A stretch of DNA of 64,000 nt from the NCBI GenBank assembly GCA_048939765.1, contig JBHLPF010000007.1:28511-92510 (forward strand), in the 5' to 3' direction. Source of the stretch: Promethearchaeota archaeon. Lineage in GTDB: Archaea > Asgardarchaeota > Thorarchaeia > Thorarchaeales > Thorarchaeaceae. The translations under genes were made by a program, and so were the position numbers. Positions 29,145-39,611 of this stretch are shown here, piece after piece. Below the pieces are notes generated by a model, which was not told the origin of the DNA, searched no databases, and saw only the letters and a list, made by a program, of their open reading frames with translations. Numbering within the stretch: position 1 is the first letter of the stretch; every line of letters begins with the position of its first letter.

Positions 29145-30416
29145 TTAGGCGTTTAGATTCTCAATAACAGTGGCAACGCCCTGTCCGCCACCAACACAGG
29201 CATTGGCAACTCCATATTTCGCGTTATTCTCTTTGAGAATTCTTGCCAGAGTGCCGGTCAACCTGATCATGGTTGAACCTAGAGGATGTCCAATCGCAGT
29301 GGAACCACCCATTACATTCACCTTCTCCTCCGGAATGTTCAGTTTATCCATGCAGTTGAGTGCAACAATGCAGAAAGCCTCATTGATTTCCCAGTAGTCA
29401 ATGTCCTCGACGCTTAATCCTGCATGCTTGAGGGCCTTTTTGGTGGCAGGTACAGGTCCACGACCCATCACAGTTGGATCGACTCCAGCCCATCCCATGG
29501 AAACAATCCTTGCCATTGGCTCCGCACCTCGCTTTTCAGCCTCCTTTGCCTCCATTATGACCGCGGCAGTAGCACCTGCATTGAGAGGCGAGGCATTGCC
29601 CGGTGTAATCACTCCCTCTTCAGTCCCTTCTCGCTTGATATAGCCCTCTTTTCCACCATTCTTCTCAAGGAAGAAGGGGATTGATACTCTTGGGAGAGTT
29701 GAAACCTTCTCAAGTGTTGAGGGTCGTGCACTCAGATCCCTGTCCACCAACATGGGTTCGTCAACATTGCCAGGTGTATGTCCCTCAATAGGGATAATCT
29801 CCCCCTTGAACCATCCACTCTCCTGATTCTTGACTGTTAGATTGTGACTTCTCACACCGAATTTGTCCATGTCCTCCTTGGTAAAGGTGGGAACCTCTTC
29901 CTCGTACAGCTTCTGGGCTGTCTGTAACATGTTGAACACTGTCGCGGGGTCCAGGCCGGGTCGGTAGAACTCTGAAGCCTCGTCAGCAAAAGACAGGTTA
30001 GGTTCGACTCCCTTCCCCCTCACTCGGGTCATATGCTCAAATCCCGTTGATAGCACGGTTTTGCTGTACCCGGTCATAATCTCCATGATACCAATATGCA
30101 TTCCAGAGCCTGCAGACCCACACTGACGGTCGACAAAGATAGATGGAACATCATGTGGAAATCCTGACAGGAAGGCTGGAATCTTGCCCCCATAGGTCCA
30201 GTTCTCAAGGACTCCGGCGGCCACACCAATGGTGATCTCATCGATGTCCTTCTTCTCAATTCCTTTGTTCGCCAATGAACCATCAAAGAATTTCATCAGC
30301 AACCGTGATAGGAGCTCATCTCCCCTAATCTCACCAAAGGCGTCAGTTTCTGGCTTATTGGGACGCGATCGTGAGAATGGGGTACGCACATAATCGACCA
30401 GCCAAACTTCTTTCAT
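29145..30416 (-). CDS. Acetyl-CoA C-acyltransferase (thiolase)
   Basis: VRTPF, DRQCGS, NEAF, GHPLG, CVGGGQG; start refined to ATG 30416. Confidence 0.93.
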   Translation of the reverse strand: MKEVWLVDYVRTPFSRSRPNKPETDAFGEIRGDELLSRLLMKFFDGSLANKGIEKKDIDEITIGVAAGVLENWTYGGKIPAFLSGFPHDVPSIFVDRQCGSAGSGMHIGIMEIMTGYSKTVLSTGFEHMTRVRGKGVEPNLSFADEASEFYRPGLDPATVFNMLQTAQKLYEEEVPTFTKEDMDKFGVRSHNLTVKNQESGWFKGEIIPIEGHTPGNVDEPMLVDRDLSARPSTLEKVSTLPRVSIPFFLEKNGGKEGYIKREGTEEGVITPGNASPLNAGATAAVIMEAKEAEKRGAEPMARIVSMGWAGVDPTVMGRGPVPATKKALKHAGLSVEDIDYWEINEAFCIVALNCMDKLNIPEEKVNVMGGSTAIGHPLGSTMIRLTGTLARILKENNAKYGVANACVGGGQGVATVIENLNA

Positions 30417-30506
30417 GGCTTCCCCAGAAGGACTTCTGAGTTTTAACTCTTCTTTCGAATGGAGCATGAAAGAGGATTTATCTCACAGGACGCCCTCCAA
30501 CAGCTC

Positions 30507-31295
30507 ATGCCCAGGGTCCTGATACATGACATTGAAACCTACTATGAAATAGCCGGCGAGGGAGAAGCAATCGTGTTTGTTCACGGCGCAGCTGGTTCTC
30601 ACGACAACTGGCGCCCTCAGGTTAAGCACCTGTCCGACCGCTTCGAAGTCGTGACATACGATATAAGGGGACACGGGAAGTCAAGTGGGTCTGACAGGAA
30701 ATATAGCTGTGAGCTCTTCGCAGATGATCTGAATGGGCTGATAACCGCACTCGAGTTAGAAAGACCCGTTGTCTGTGGGCTCTCTCTTGGAGGGATGATA
30801 GCCCAGCAGTACGCTGTAAGGCATCAGTCCGGTCTTGCGGGACTTGTACTGGCGGACACTGCAGTGGCCTCAGCTCTGACCCTCTCAGACAAGCTTCAGA
30901 AATGGATGTTCCCAGTGAGCCTGGTCAAATGGTATATTCGCAGAAAGACTCCAGAAGACTATGCGAGATGGTCATTCAAGTATTTCGACATGAAGGATGA
31001 TGTGAGAGAGTATCTGATTCAGGAACAACTTCGAATGGATCAGACAGAGTTTCTCAAACTGATGGATGCCATCTATGGGTTTAAGCTGCTTGACCTTGCC
31101 AGCATCAAAGTGCCAACGCTTGTGGTACTGGGTGAGAATGAACGAAAGGCAGTCTTTCCGCATGCAGACAAGATGATAGAGCTGATTGAGGGCTCAAGGA
31201 AGGTCGTTATTCCGGATGCTGGACATGCCTCCAATCTAGAGAATCCCACCGAGTTCAATCGAGTGCTTGACGAGTTCTTGGAACACGTGTTCTAA
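30507..31295 (+). CDS. Alpha/beta hydrolase
   Basis: FVHG, DIRGHG, GLSLGG nucleophile elbow, AGH; start refined to ATG 30507. Confidence 0.9.
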   Translation: MPRVLIHDIETYYEIAGEGEAIVFVHGAAGSHDNWRPQVKHLSDRFEVVTYDIRGHGKSSGSDRKYSCELFADDLNGLITALELERPVVCGLSLGGMIAQQYAVRHQSGLAGLVLADTAVASALTLSDKLQKWMFPVSLVKWYIRRKTPEDYARWSFKYFDMKDDVREYLIQEQLRMDQTEFLKLMDAIYGFKLLDLASIKVPTLVVLGENERKAVFPHADKMIELIEGSRKVVIPDAGHASNLENPTEFNRVLDEFLEHVF

Positions 31296-32890
31296 ATCTT
31301 CTTCTCGAGATAGGGTCCTGTATCGTTGAAATCAAGGGCGCGATAATATTCCTTGACTCCAATTCCGCTGTTCACAATCAGCCTGTTGACTTGGAAATCC
31401 TCGAGTGTGATTCGCTCTGCCTCTTTGAGCATGCGGTCTCCAAGACCCAAATGCTGCCACGCATCCGGGTTCCTCTCACCAATCTCTACAACAGGACCAT
31501 ACACTCTGAGCTCTCTAATAATGGCGCAGGGGCTATGATTAATCTCGGGGCGGTGAGCCTGGTCACTGGGCATGCGGAGTCTGAGGAATCCAAAGATGAT
31601 ATCTTGACTTTGCTTCTCGAAGGAAAGAAAGATTTCTAGGCCATCTGCAGCCTCATAGTCACGACGCACCAGCTCAATACCTTCAAAACTCACCTTTTGT
31701 CCGGTCCGCATCTGAAAGTGACCAATCTCTCTGTATCGAATCGTTGGGTTTCTCAGACCTTTCTCACTCATTCGATGATGCACCAGCTCTCGTAGGTTTC
31801 CTTTGCTGAAACCAGCCTCTATCTGATGGAGTGGGATGTCCCTCTGCATCCTCTGGATACGAACATACTCGGGCATTTTGCTGACTGCATTAGAGACGAG
31901 TTCCACGACTTGATCATCAGAATAGGGACTGTATATTCCCTGTTCCCACCACTCGAACAGCTTTGTATTCTTCACCACAAGCGTAGGATAGATCTTCAGC
32001 ATATCTGGTTGAAACCTAGAATCAGTGAATAATGCTTCAAAGTCTTCAAGGTCAGAGTCTGAAGTATTTCCAGGTAGACCAGGCATCATATGATAGCACA
32101 CTTTCAGTCCGCTATCCCTGAGCATCTTTGTCGCTTGGATGGTCTGTTCAAGCAGATGACCTCTCTGTACCCGTTCTAGGACCTCATCCGAGAGCGTCTG
32201 AACACCGATTTCCACACGGGTAGCACCCATTTCCAGCATGCTATCGATGCTTTCAGGAATCACCCAATCCGGTCGAGTTTCGAATGTGAGACCTACGTTG
32301 CGGACCTTAGCTGTTTCGTTCGTCTTCTGTGACTCATTCAAACTCCCTCCGACTGTCCTATTCATTGCATCGAAACAGCCCTTGACAAAAGACTCCCTGT
32401 AGTCAGGCTCCTTCGAACACCAGTCGCCACCCATGACTATTAGTTCCACCTTTTGGACCGAATGACCGATCGTATCCAACTGATTTAGCCTGCTCTCTAC
32501 CTGCCTGAATGAATCAAAGTCATTTTGCAGCCCTCTCATTGTGGCAGGTTCATGACCTGTATAGCTCTGGGGAACTCCTGCATCAGGCCCACCAGGACAA
32601 TATGCGCACGCACCATGAGGACACTTATGAGGTTCTGTCATGACAGCAACAACAGCGACTCCGGAAACTGTACGAACAGGTCGTTTCTGCATCAGAGGCT
32701 GAAGTATTTCTAGCTCTTCAGGAATTGCCGCTTGCAACACGTCTGCGTTTGATGGGACTCGGGACGCCTTATGCAGTCCACAGATCCTGCTCTTGATTTG
32801 ATTTATCTCACGCCGATCAAGAGCCGTTTCTGAGCTAAGAAGGGATTCGATAATCTCTCTATACAGTGCATAGTAATCTGGGAGAGGCAT
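31292..32890 (-). CDS. elp3: tRNA uridine(34) acetyltransferase Elp3 (radical SAM + GNAT)
   Basis: PVRTVSGV, CPHGACAYCPGG, ETRPD, RELRVYG, QHLGLG. Confidence 0.96.
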   Translation of the reverse strand: MPLPDYYALYREIIESLLSSETALDRREINQIKSRICGLHKASRVPSNADVLQAAIPEELEILQPLMQKRPVRTVSGVAVVAVMTEPHKCPHGACAYCPGGPDAGVPQSYTGHEPATMRGLQNDFDSFRQVESRLNQLDTIGHSVQKVELIVMGGDWCSKEPDYRESFVKGCFDAMNRTVGGSLNESQKTNETAKVRNVGLTFETRPDWVIPESIDSMLEMGATRVEIGVQTLSDEVLERVQRGHLLEQTIQATKMLRDSGLKVCYHMMPGLPGNTSDSDLEDFEALFTDSRFQPDMLKIYPTLVVKNTKLFEWWEQGIYSPYSDDQVVELVSNAVSKMPEYVRIQRMQRDIPLHQIEAGFSKGNLRELVHHRMSEKGLRNPTIRYREIGHFQMRTGQKVSFEGIELVRRDYEAADGLEIFLSFEKQSQDIIFGFLRLRMPSDQAHRPEINHSPCAIIRELRVYGPVVEIGERNPDAWQHLGLGDRMLKEAERITLEDFQVNRLIVNSGIGVKEYYRALDFNDTGPYLEKKI

Positions 32891-33021
32891 TCTAAGAGGC
32901 TAGACTCCAGCGTCCGGTTAAAGGATGCGGTCTGCCAAAACTCGTTGCAGAAACCCTTCCACAAGGTAATCCTTAAAACAACAACAAGTTTTCCAGATAT
33001 ACAACCGGAGAGGTAAACAGA

Positions 33022-33189
33022 ATGCCTGGTTCACATGGTTCATTGACAAAGGCTGGAAAGGTCCGAGAGTCAACTCCAAAGGTCCATGGGCGTGAACGTC
33101 ACACACCTATTCCTCGAGTCCGCAATAAGAGGAACTTCACGAAGCGATTTGTTAAAGGGAAGTTGGTCGGACAGGCCAAGACTAGGTAG
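33022..33189 (+). CDS. rps30e: 30S ribosomal protein eS30 (below the ORF-track cutoff)
   Basis: Manual translation: [55 protein letters not shown]. Confidence 0.95.
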   Translation: MPGSHGSLTKAGKVRESTPKVHGRERHTPIPRVRNKRNFTKRFVKGKLVGQAKTR

Positions 33190-33191
33190 AT

Positions 33192-34016
33192 TCAGCACTG
33201 TTTCTTCAGGCCCATCGAATCTCGATGGTATTTTCCAAACTCAGTGATGTTTGAGAGTTGGTCACCATCAAAGACTGGTCCTTCAAGGCATACGAGATCA
33301 CCTGTCGGATCAAGGGCACAAGTCCCACAGATTCCGCATCCACACTTCATGAAACGCTCTAGTGAGGCTTGAAAGGAAATTCGGTGTGTTTTGGCAATCT
33401 CATATAACCCCAGCATCATTAGTTCAGGGCCACACGTGTAGATTGTATCCGGAGTCACGGTAGCTAGAATCTCTTTGGCGGCTTGGGGTGCGAGCCCCTT
33501 GTAGCCCATTGAACCGTCATCGGTGGACGTTTCGAGTCGAAGATTCGCGGCCCTGAGAGTATCAAACTCTTCCAGATAGACTAGCTCTCCTTGTGTACGG
33601 GCGGCAATAAGCAGTGTCACCTGTACATCCTTGCTCAGTAGCTCATATGTCAATGGTCTTAGTGGAGCCATCCCAATCCCACCACCAACAACAAGTGCAT
33701 TCTTTGCATCTGTACTGAAACAAGTGCCAAATGGTCCTCGAATCCCAATCATCTGTCCAGCTTTTTGTGAAGCCAAGGCGTTAGTGGCTTCACCGATAGG
33801 TGCCACCGTCACTCCTACATCGGGAGGATCCCAGTGCGACACACTCATTGGAATCTCATCAACACCTGGGACCCAGACCATCATGAATTGGCCTGAACGG
33901 AATTGGGTGCCACTAATTGGATAGCGAAAATTGATTGTCCGAGTGGTATCGCTCTCCTCTATCACTTCAGTGACTCTGACAGATGTTGGCTGGCCCATTA
34001 GTCTATCAAGATCCAA
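33192..34016 (-). CDS. pyrK: Dihydroorotate dehydrogenase electron transfer subunit
   Basis: GQFMMVW, RGPFG, GGGIGMAP, CGP, MKCGCGICGTC..VC.EGPVF. Confidence 0.94.
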   Translation of the reverse strand: MDLDRLMGQPTSVRVTEVIEESDTTRTINFRYPISGTQFRSGQFMMVWVPGVDEIPMSVSHWDPPDVGVTVAPIGEATNALASQKAGQMIGIRGPFGTCFSTDAKNALVVGGGIGMAPLRPLTYELLSKDVQVTLLIAARTQGELVYLEEFDTLRAANLRLETSTDDGSMGYKGLAPQAAKEILATVTPDTIYTCGPELMMLGLYEIAKTHRISFQASLERFMKCGCGICGTCALDPTGDLVCLEGPVFDGDQLSNITEFGKYHRDSMGLKKQC

Positions 34017-34021
34017 GAGAC

Positions 34022-34888
34022 CTACCTCCCAGCTAGACCCACTATTTCTGACACCTCTGAGAATCCCTCGTCCCGGAGGTAATTCTGAATACCCTCCTTG
34101 ATGTGTCTAAACACATCAATTCCATCTATCATTGCCGTTCCAATTTGAATCGCGCTGGCACCGGCAAGATGCATCTCCACAGCATCCTGCCATGTGGTCA
34201 CACCGCCCACACCTATGATGGGAATTGAGAGCGCATTGTGAAGATCGTATACACACCTTACAGCAATTGGAAATATGGGAGGACCGGATAGACCACCGAC
34301 TCTGTTGCCCAGAACAGGACGCTTTTGATGAATGTCAATCTTCATTGCTCGAACAGTGTTGATTGCCACGATGGCATCGACCTCGGCCCGTTCTGCCGCC
34401 ATTCCCACTGCGACAAAATCAGATGCATTGGGAGTGATTTTTGCGAATATCGGGCAATCGACTACTTCCTTTGCAGCCTTCACAAATTGGTATGTGAGAT
34501 CGGGATCATGAGCAATCTGTGCAATCTCGGCATGAGGGCAGGACAGATTCAGCTCAATCGCCTCTGGCTTCATCTCTGCACCTTTGGATGCCACATCAGC
34601 CAACTCTTGCGGCGAGTTCCCAAAGATGCTGAGGACAACTGGGACGCCACTCTCCTTGAGTTCCGCCATCTCGTCTACAAAAGAGCCAATGCCAGGATTC
34701 GTAAGACCCACTGCATTGATCAATCCTCCATGAGAAGTAGCAAGGATTGGTCCAGGATGGCCTTTCCTAGGCACATGACCAATTGATTTTGTCACAACAG
34801 CATCTGCTCCCGACTCATGAACGCGACGTAGAGTAGAACTGGTGACTCCCAGAATTCCTGAAGCAAGCCAATATCCTTGTATCTTCAA
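34022..34888 (-). CDS. pyrD: Dihydroorotate dehydrogenase family 1B catalytic subunit
   Basis: ASG, NAVGLTNPG, ELNLSCPH, INT, GGLSG, GVGGV. Confidence 0.95.
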   Translation of the reverse strand: MKIQGYWLASGILGVTSSTLRRVHESGADAVVTKSIGHVPRKGHPGPILATSHGGLINAVGLTNPGIGSFVDEMAELKESGVPVVLSIFGNSPQELADVASKGAEMKPEAIELNLSCPHAEIAQIAHDPDLTYQFVKAAKEVVDCPIFAKITPNASDFVAVGMAAERAEVDAIVAINTVRAMKIDIHQKRPVLGNRVGGLSGPPIFPIAVRCVYDLHNALSIPIIGVGGVTTWQDAVEMHLAGASAIQIGTAMIDGIDVFRHIKEGIQNYLRDEGFSEVSEIVGLAGR

Positions 34889-35011
34889 GAGAGCACCTGG
34901 GAGGCAGTTTGGTGACTAACTCGTAATAAGGTAGATGGCAGCTGACAAACATCGTCTAACACTAAACTTATCCGACTCATAAGCAGTGAATCAAGCTCGG
35001 GGTAGAACAGA

Positions 35012-36259
35012 TTGGAAGCTCATCTAGTCCTCAACAGCTTTGGCCTCTTCTTGCTTGACGAAAGAGGGAGGGTCATCTCAGAACAGATCGTGTACCCCGA
35101 TGTGGAAAAGATGTCTTCCGAGCTCGCAATCCTTGGAGAAGGACAGCCCACAGAAATCCTAGAGCACATGGCAAAGGGATTTGCGAATCTTGGCGTCGAT
35201 ACAGTTGTCGTTGAGAATAGGATGATGAGTCGGGCATTGTCTGGTTTGACGCAGGTTCCCGTAAGTGTAAACGAAACATCAGCTGTGTTCAAGACCTTCC
35301 GAGATGCTCAAGACTCATACCTATTGAAATCCGATTTTGTGACAGGAAAGGAAGATATTGCTTCATTTAGACGAGAGGTGGCTGTTCATATCGCTCGCGC
35401 AACAATCACCGCTGCTAGTGAAGAGAAGGACCTTCTTGTGAAACATGCAATAGATGCAATCAGTGAGGTTGACAGATCCATCAACATTCTAGCGATGAGG
35501 CTGAGAGAATGGTATTCGCTTCATCATCCTTCATTGAACGAATTCGTAGAAGACCATGAAGTGTTTGCAAATGTAGTGAGCATATGTAGAGGCCGCTCAG
35601 GCATCGATTCTGAATGCCTATCAGAAGCAGGATGCTCCAGCCAACAGATTGAGAGTATCATGAAGGCAGTGCCCAAAGACCTAGGAGCGTCTTTCGAAAC
35701 GGATGATTTGTCTATCGTGCAAAGCTTCGCAAATACCATTCAAACCCTCTATGCGAAGAGACGGGAGATTGAGGAGTATGTTGGTCAGATGATGGATTCC
35801 GTTGCGCCCAACATAACTACTCTCGTTGGTCCGATGGTAGGGGCTCGCCTAATCAGCCTCGCGGGATCGTTGAAGGACCTGGCACAGAAACCATCCAGCA
35901 CAGTCCAGATTTACGGGGCGGAAAAGGCATTGTTCAGGAGTCTGAAGACTGGAACAGACCCACCGAAGCATGGAATCATCTATCAAGTCCCGGAAATTCA
36001 TAGTGCCCCCTATTGGCAAAGAGGAAAAATCGCTAGAGCGCTGGCAGGAAAGATAGCCATTGCCGCACGTATCGATGCTTATTCCAAGAGAAACATAGGA
36101 GCAGACCTCAAGAAGAAATTCCTGGAGAGAGTTAGCGAGATTCAGAGGCAGAATGCAGAGGAACCACCGCCAAAACCTGCAAAGAAGGCCACCAAGAAGC
36201 CAGCAAAGCGGGGGAGAGGCCGTACTAGGAATAAGAGAAAACGAGGTGCGAAGAAATGA
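35012..36259 (+). CDS. nop5: C/D RNP subunit Nop5 (Nop56/58)
   Basis: RLREWY, APN, STVQIYGAEKALF, PKHGIIY, RGKIARALA. Confidence 0.96.
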   Translation: MEAHLVLNSFGLFLLDERGRVISEQIVYPDVEKMSSELAILGEGQPTEILEHMAKGFANLGVDTVVVENRMMSRALSGLTQVPVSVNETSAVFKTFRDAQDSYLLKSDFVTGKEDIASFRREVAVHIARATITAASEEKDLLVKHAIDAISEVDRSINILAMRLREWYSLHHPSLNEFVEDHEVFANVVSICRGRSGIDSECLSEAGCSSQQIESIMKAVPKDLGASFETDDLSIVQSFANTIQTLYAKRREIEEYVGQMMDSVAPNITTLVGPMVGARLISLAGSLKDLAQKPSSTVQIYGAEKALFRSLKTGTDPPKHGIIYQVPEIHSAPYWQRGKIARALAGKIAIAARIDAYSKRNIGADLKKKFLERVSEIQRQNAEEPPPKPAKKATKKPAKRGRGRTRNKRKRGAKK

Positions 36260-36957
36260 CGGAAATAAAGAGGCACAGGTTCCCAGGCGTCTTCCAAATC
36301 GTTGACAAATCCAAGTCATCTCTTGCCACACAGAGCATTGTCGCCGGACAGAGCGTCTATGGCGAAAAGGTCCTGACCATTGAGGGAGAAGGCGACTTCC
36401 GTTTATGGAATCCTCGAAGGTCTAAGCTGGCCGCAGCAATCCAAAAGGGCGTCACGGAGATGCCAATCCAACCAGGGTCCAGAGTCCTGTATCTTGGTGC
36501 TGCATCAGGGACCACCGTGAGTCACTGTTCAGACATTGTGGGCGATCAAGGAATCGTGTATGCTGTGGAGTTCTCAACACGTGCCGCTCGAGGACTCCTC
36601 CAACTTGCTGAATCGCGTAATAACATCGTACCAATCATTGAGGATGCAAGACACCCAATGAAGTATGCCCCTTTGATAGCTGGTCCTATCAACGTAGTCT
36701 ATCAAGACATTGCACAGCCGAATCAGGCCGGTATTCTCGGCAATAACATCAGGGTCTTTTGCGGATTCGGTGCATGGGGGTTGATTGCTCTCAAAGCAAG
36801 AAGCATAGACTCGACCGCACCAATTGATGAGATCTATAGCAGCGAGATATCTGTATTGGACTCCCAAGGTCTTGAGGTGATTGAGAATGTGAACCTAGAA
36901 CCCTTGGAGAAAGACCACAGGTTCTTGGTCTGCCGTGTCACGGAGGGGCAAACGTGA
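36256..36957 (+). CDS. flpA: Fibrillarin-like rRNA/tRNA 2'-O-methyltransferase
   Basis: WNPRRSKLAA, VLYLGAASGTTVSH, DIAQPNQ. Confidence 0.97.
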   Translation: MTEIKRHRFPGVFQIVDKSKSSLATQSIVAGQSVYGEKVLTIEGEGDFRLWNPRRSKLAAAIQKGVTEMPIQPGSRVLYLGAASGTTVSHCSDIVGDQGIVYAVEFSTRAARGLLQLAESRNNIVPIIEDARHPMKYAPLIAGPINVVYQDIAQPNQAGILGNNIRVFCGFGAWGLIALKARSIDSTAPIDEIYSSEISVLDSQGLEVIENVNLEPLEKDHRFLVCRVTEGQT

Positions 36958-37412
36958 CTCCATCTATAGACAAGATTGTTCAGCATGAGATTGATTCCAT
37001 AAATGACCACATGCCTGCCAATAGATTCACTCTGAGCGAATTGGCCAAAACAGAAGACCCGCACTATATGACCAGAAATGGGGAGAAGTCCATCCTCAAG
37101 ATGGATGAGATAACTGAGCTCTTGAAGCTGGTACCCTCAAAATTCCACGATGAAATCAGACTTCCGTTAGTGATTCTACGACGAATGGATTATGGTGCTG
37201 GGATCTACACTATCGCAGGAGGCAAAGCAGAACTCTTCATGGTCCATCACATGCTAGGATATGTTGACCTAGAATGGAAGGATTTTCAGAAATGGAAACC
37301 CATTGAAAGACTAATGCGACCCCAAGTGCAGGCAATAAGACGAAAATTGCCATCTACATCATGCATTGGCTTTGTTACCTCTACGGAGAATGACGAGGGA
37401 GGACCTCGGTAG
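36954..37412 (+). CDS. DUF61 (UPF0216) family protein
   Basis: INDHMP..TLSEL, IRLPLVI pattern; usual neighbour of flpA. Confidence 0.7.
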   Translation: MTPSIDKIVQHEIDSINDHMPANRFTLSELAKTEDPHYMTRNGEKSILKMDEITELLKLVPSKFHDEIRLPLVILRRMDYGAGIYTIAGGKAELFMVHHMLGYVDLEWKDFQKWKPIERLMRPQVQAIRRKLPSTSCIGFVTSTENDEGGPR

Positions 37413-37480
37413 TCTATCATTTTTCACAATCAGCAATGGCTAAAAACCCTAAAAGGCAGATGAGACCTTAGGTCCAAGTA

Positions 37481-38440
37481 ATGACGAGAGCCCGAACCCA
37501 GCTAATGCAGGAAGTCACATCACATCTAGTGAAGGCTGGGTTCGATATATCATCGCCTTGTGATGTCAGACCAAGCTGTTTTGACATGGTTGCCCGCAGG
37601 GGTGACAAGATCATTTTGATCAAGACCCTCGCTAATATTGATGCATTCAAGAAGGACGATGCCATTGTATTGCAGCTCGTAGCTCAGTTCTTCGATGCCA
37701 TTCCACTAATTGTGGGCAAGACCACCCGAAGAGGGGCTCTTGACGATGGCATAATTTACAAGAGATATGGCGTTCCAACCATTGCGCCTCATAGTTTTGA
37801 AAGGATGATTGTTGAAGAAGAACAGCCTCGGCAGTTTATCCAGCGCGGAGGGCGATTCGTATCCATAGATGGTGAGAAACTGAAGGAAGTCAGGCTCTCG
37901 CTCAACATGACTCAAGAGGAACTGGCTGATTGCATTCAGGTTTCTGCTAGGGCGGTCCTGGCCTATGAGAAGAATGAGATGGCAGTCAGCGTTGAGGCAG
38001 CAGAGAAACTTGAGAGGGAACTGAAAACCGACCTGATTATTCCTGTGGATCTGCTAGGCTCCGTGATAGTCCCTCATGAACAGCCTCAGACTGCTGCATC
38101 GATAGAAAACCTTGACCTAGTCCAACGAGTGAAGGACTTCTTCGAGAAACTGGAAATGAGCGTGTTGTGGACTGATAGAGCTCCATTCCATGTGATCGCA
38201 AAAGAGGAGGGGCCGCCTCTGATGACTGGCGTTGGCTCAATCAAGAGCAAGACTCTGAAAAAGCGAGTGGAGATTCTCAAGAGTGTATCTGAGGTCACAG
38301 AATCAGATGCGGTGATCATTGTGGAGGAGGGCAAAACCGAACAGGCCGTTTCAGATTTGCCCGTTATCAGGCAGTTAGAACTTGAAGATATCGACGAGCC
38401 TCATGAGCTGAAGAAGATAATCAACGAAAGGTCTGAATGA
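37481..38440 (+). CDS. Archaeal HTH (XRE) transcriptional regulator, COG1395-like
   Basis: SCFDMVARR..IKTLANID, RGGRFVSIDGEKLKEVR, central HTH. Confidence 0.85.
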   Translation: MTRARTQLMQEVTSHLVKAGFDISSPCDVRPSCFDMVARRGDKIILIKTLANIDAFKKDDAIVLQLVAQFFDAIPLIVGKTTRRGALDDGIIYKRYGVPTIAPHSFERMIVEEEQPRQFIQRGGRFVSIDGEKLKEVRLSLNMTQEELADCIQVSARAVLAYEKNEMAVSVEAAEKLERELKTDLIIPVDLLGSVIVPHEQPQTAASIENLDLVQRVKDFFEKLEMSVLWTDRAPFHVIAKEEGPPLMTGVGSIKSKTLKKRVEILKSVSEVTESDAVIIVEEGKTEQAVSDLPVIRQLELEDIDEPHELKKIINERSE

Positions 38441-38443
38441 CCG

Positions 38444-39133
38444 CTAGATGTCTAGTGACTGTTGCGTTGTTTCTGCATCTTCCTGAAGTCTTCTGACAGA
38501 TTCCCAACTCTTTCTTACGATTGACGGGAGTTCGTCTCCATCTTCAATGAGTTTGCGGATGAAGTCTACAGAATTGGGATCTGAGGGATAGCCAGAGCCA
38601 AAGTTTCCATATTCTTGATGTAGACTGGCAACAATGCGCTCTCGTTCTTCTTTGGCAATAATCGATGCAGCAGACACGATTGGAAACTTTGAGTCCGCCT
38701 TATGTTCAGATATAATCTTGCAGCCAAGAAGTGTTAACCCACTCCGGTCTCCAATGACATCCCCGAATCTGTCTGCTTTGACGTCTGCTGCATCAAGATA
38801 AGCAGTCTTTGGGCTCAGTTTTGAGAGGACCGAAACAAACTGCTGAACCTCAATCTCGTTGAGAGAAACGCCCCTGCCTCTAAGACCGTCTATCTCAGCC
38901 GCTGATATGACTCTTATCTCGGTCTTATCGACAATCCCAGCAATCAGTTCAGCCAAGGTGGCCCTCCGTTTTGGAGAGAGCGTCTTGGAGTCTCTCACTC
39001 CACTGGCTGCAAGCCTAGGTAATTCAGTTTCGTGAACTAAGACCCCAGCAACAACCAGGGGCCCTATCATTGGCCCTCGGCCTGCCTCGTCAATCCCTGC
39101 CACTCCTCTCAAGACGCTCCCCTTTTTGTTCAT
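38444..39133 (-). CDS. rnhB: Ribonuclease HII
   Basis: GIDEAGRGP, DSK, EHKAD, SAASIIAK, GSGYPSDP; start refined to ATG 39133 because the longer ORF overlaps tRNA-Trp. Confidence 0.96.
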   Translation of the reverse strand: MNKKGSVLRGVAGIDEAGRGPMIGPLVVAGVLVHETELPRLAASGVRDSKTLSPKRRATLAELIAGIVDKTEIRVISAAEIDGLRGRGVSLNEIEVQQFVSVLSKLSPKTAYLDAADVKADRFGDVIGDRSGLTLLGCKIISEHKADSKFPIVSAASIIAKEERERIVASLHQEYGNFGSGYPSDPNSVDFIRKLIEDGDELPSIVRKSWESVRRLQEDAETTQQSLDI

Positions 39134-39193
39134 GCTCTGGGACCAATCCATCTTGCTTATTGTACACTCAGCAGCACGGTGCAGAACTGAAAG

Positions 39194-39331
39194 TGGTGGG
39201 GCGAGTGGGATTTGAACCCACGATCGACGAGTGTCTTCTACGACGACGGTCAGCGTTTTGACCCTGCTATTCAGACGCGAAATGCATCTAGATCTGGAGC
39301 CCGTCGCCATGCCGGACTAGGCCACCGCCCC
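39194..39331 (-). tRNA. tRNA-Trp(CCA) with 61-nt 37/38 intron (39233-39293)
   Basis: GGGGCGG acceptor, ACGGG-CT-CCA-G anticodon arm resuming at A-CTCGT, GTTCAAATC, encoded CCA. Confidence 0.92.
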
Positions 39332-39611
39332 GAATCAAGGCGCAGGATGCTGGAACGAGTTAATAACCTTTCGTCAATCAGGCTCCATTAGACCTTCTCA
39401 TTCACCACAATTGCTGACAATGCAACCGCTTTTCAGGTGTCTTGTGATTGATGGACCTATTGAACTAGTCAAGTTCTGCAACTAACTTCTCAAATGCAGA
39501 GAACACATTCACCAAGAATGGTTTCATACCATGTGTCACAGAATGTTAGAAATACTCTCTGTAACTGCCTGATGTTGAATGGGAAATCTGGATGGCACGG
39601 AAGGTATTCTA

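Noticed and set aside
39134-39310. Long N-terminal extension of RNase HII in the ORF track
   Set aside because: It overlaps tRNA-Trp; the true start is near 39133
39543-39578. In-frame ATG...TGA-TGT-TGA upstream of the GTPase, suggesting a selenoprotein extension
   Set aside because: No recognisable selenoprotein context or SECIS element; the domain plausibly starts at 39579 or 39612
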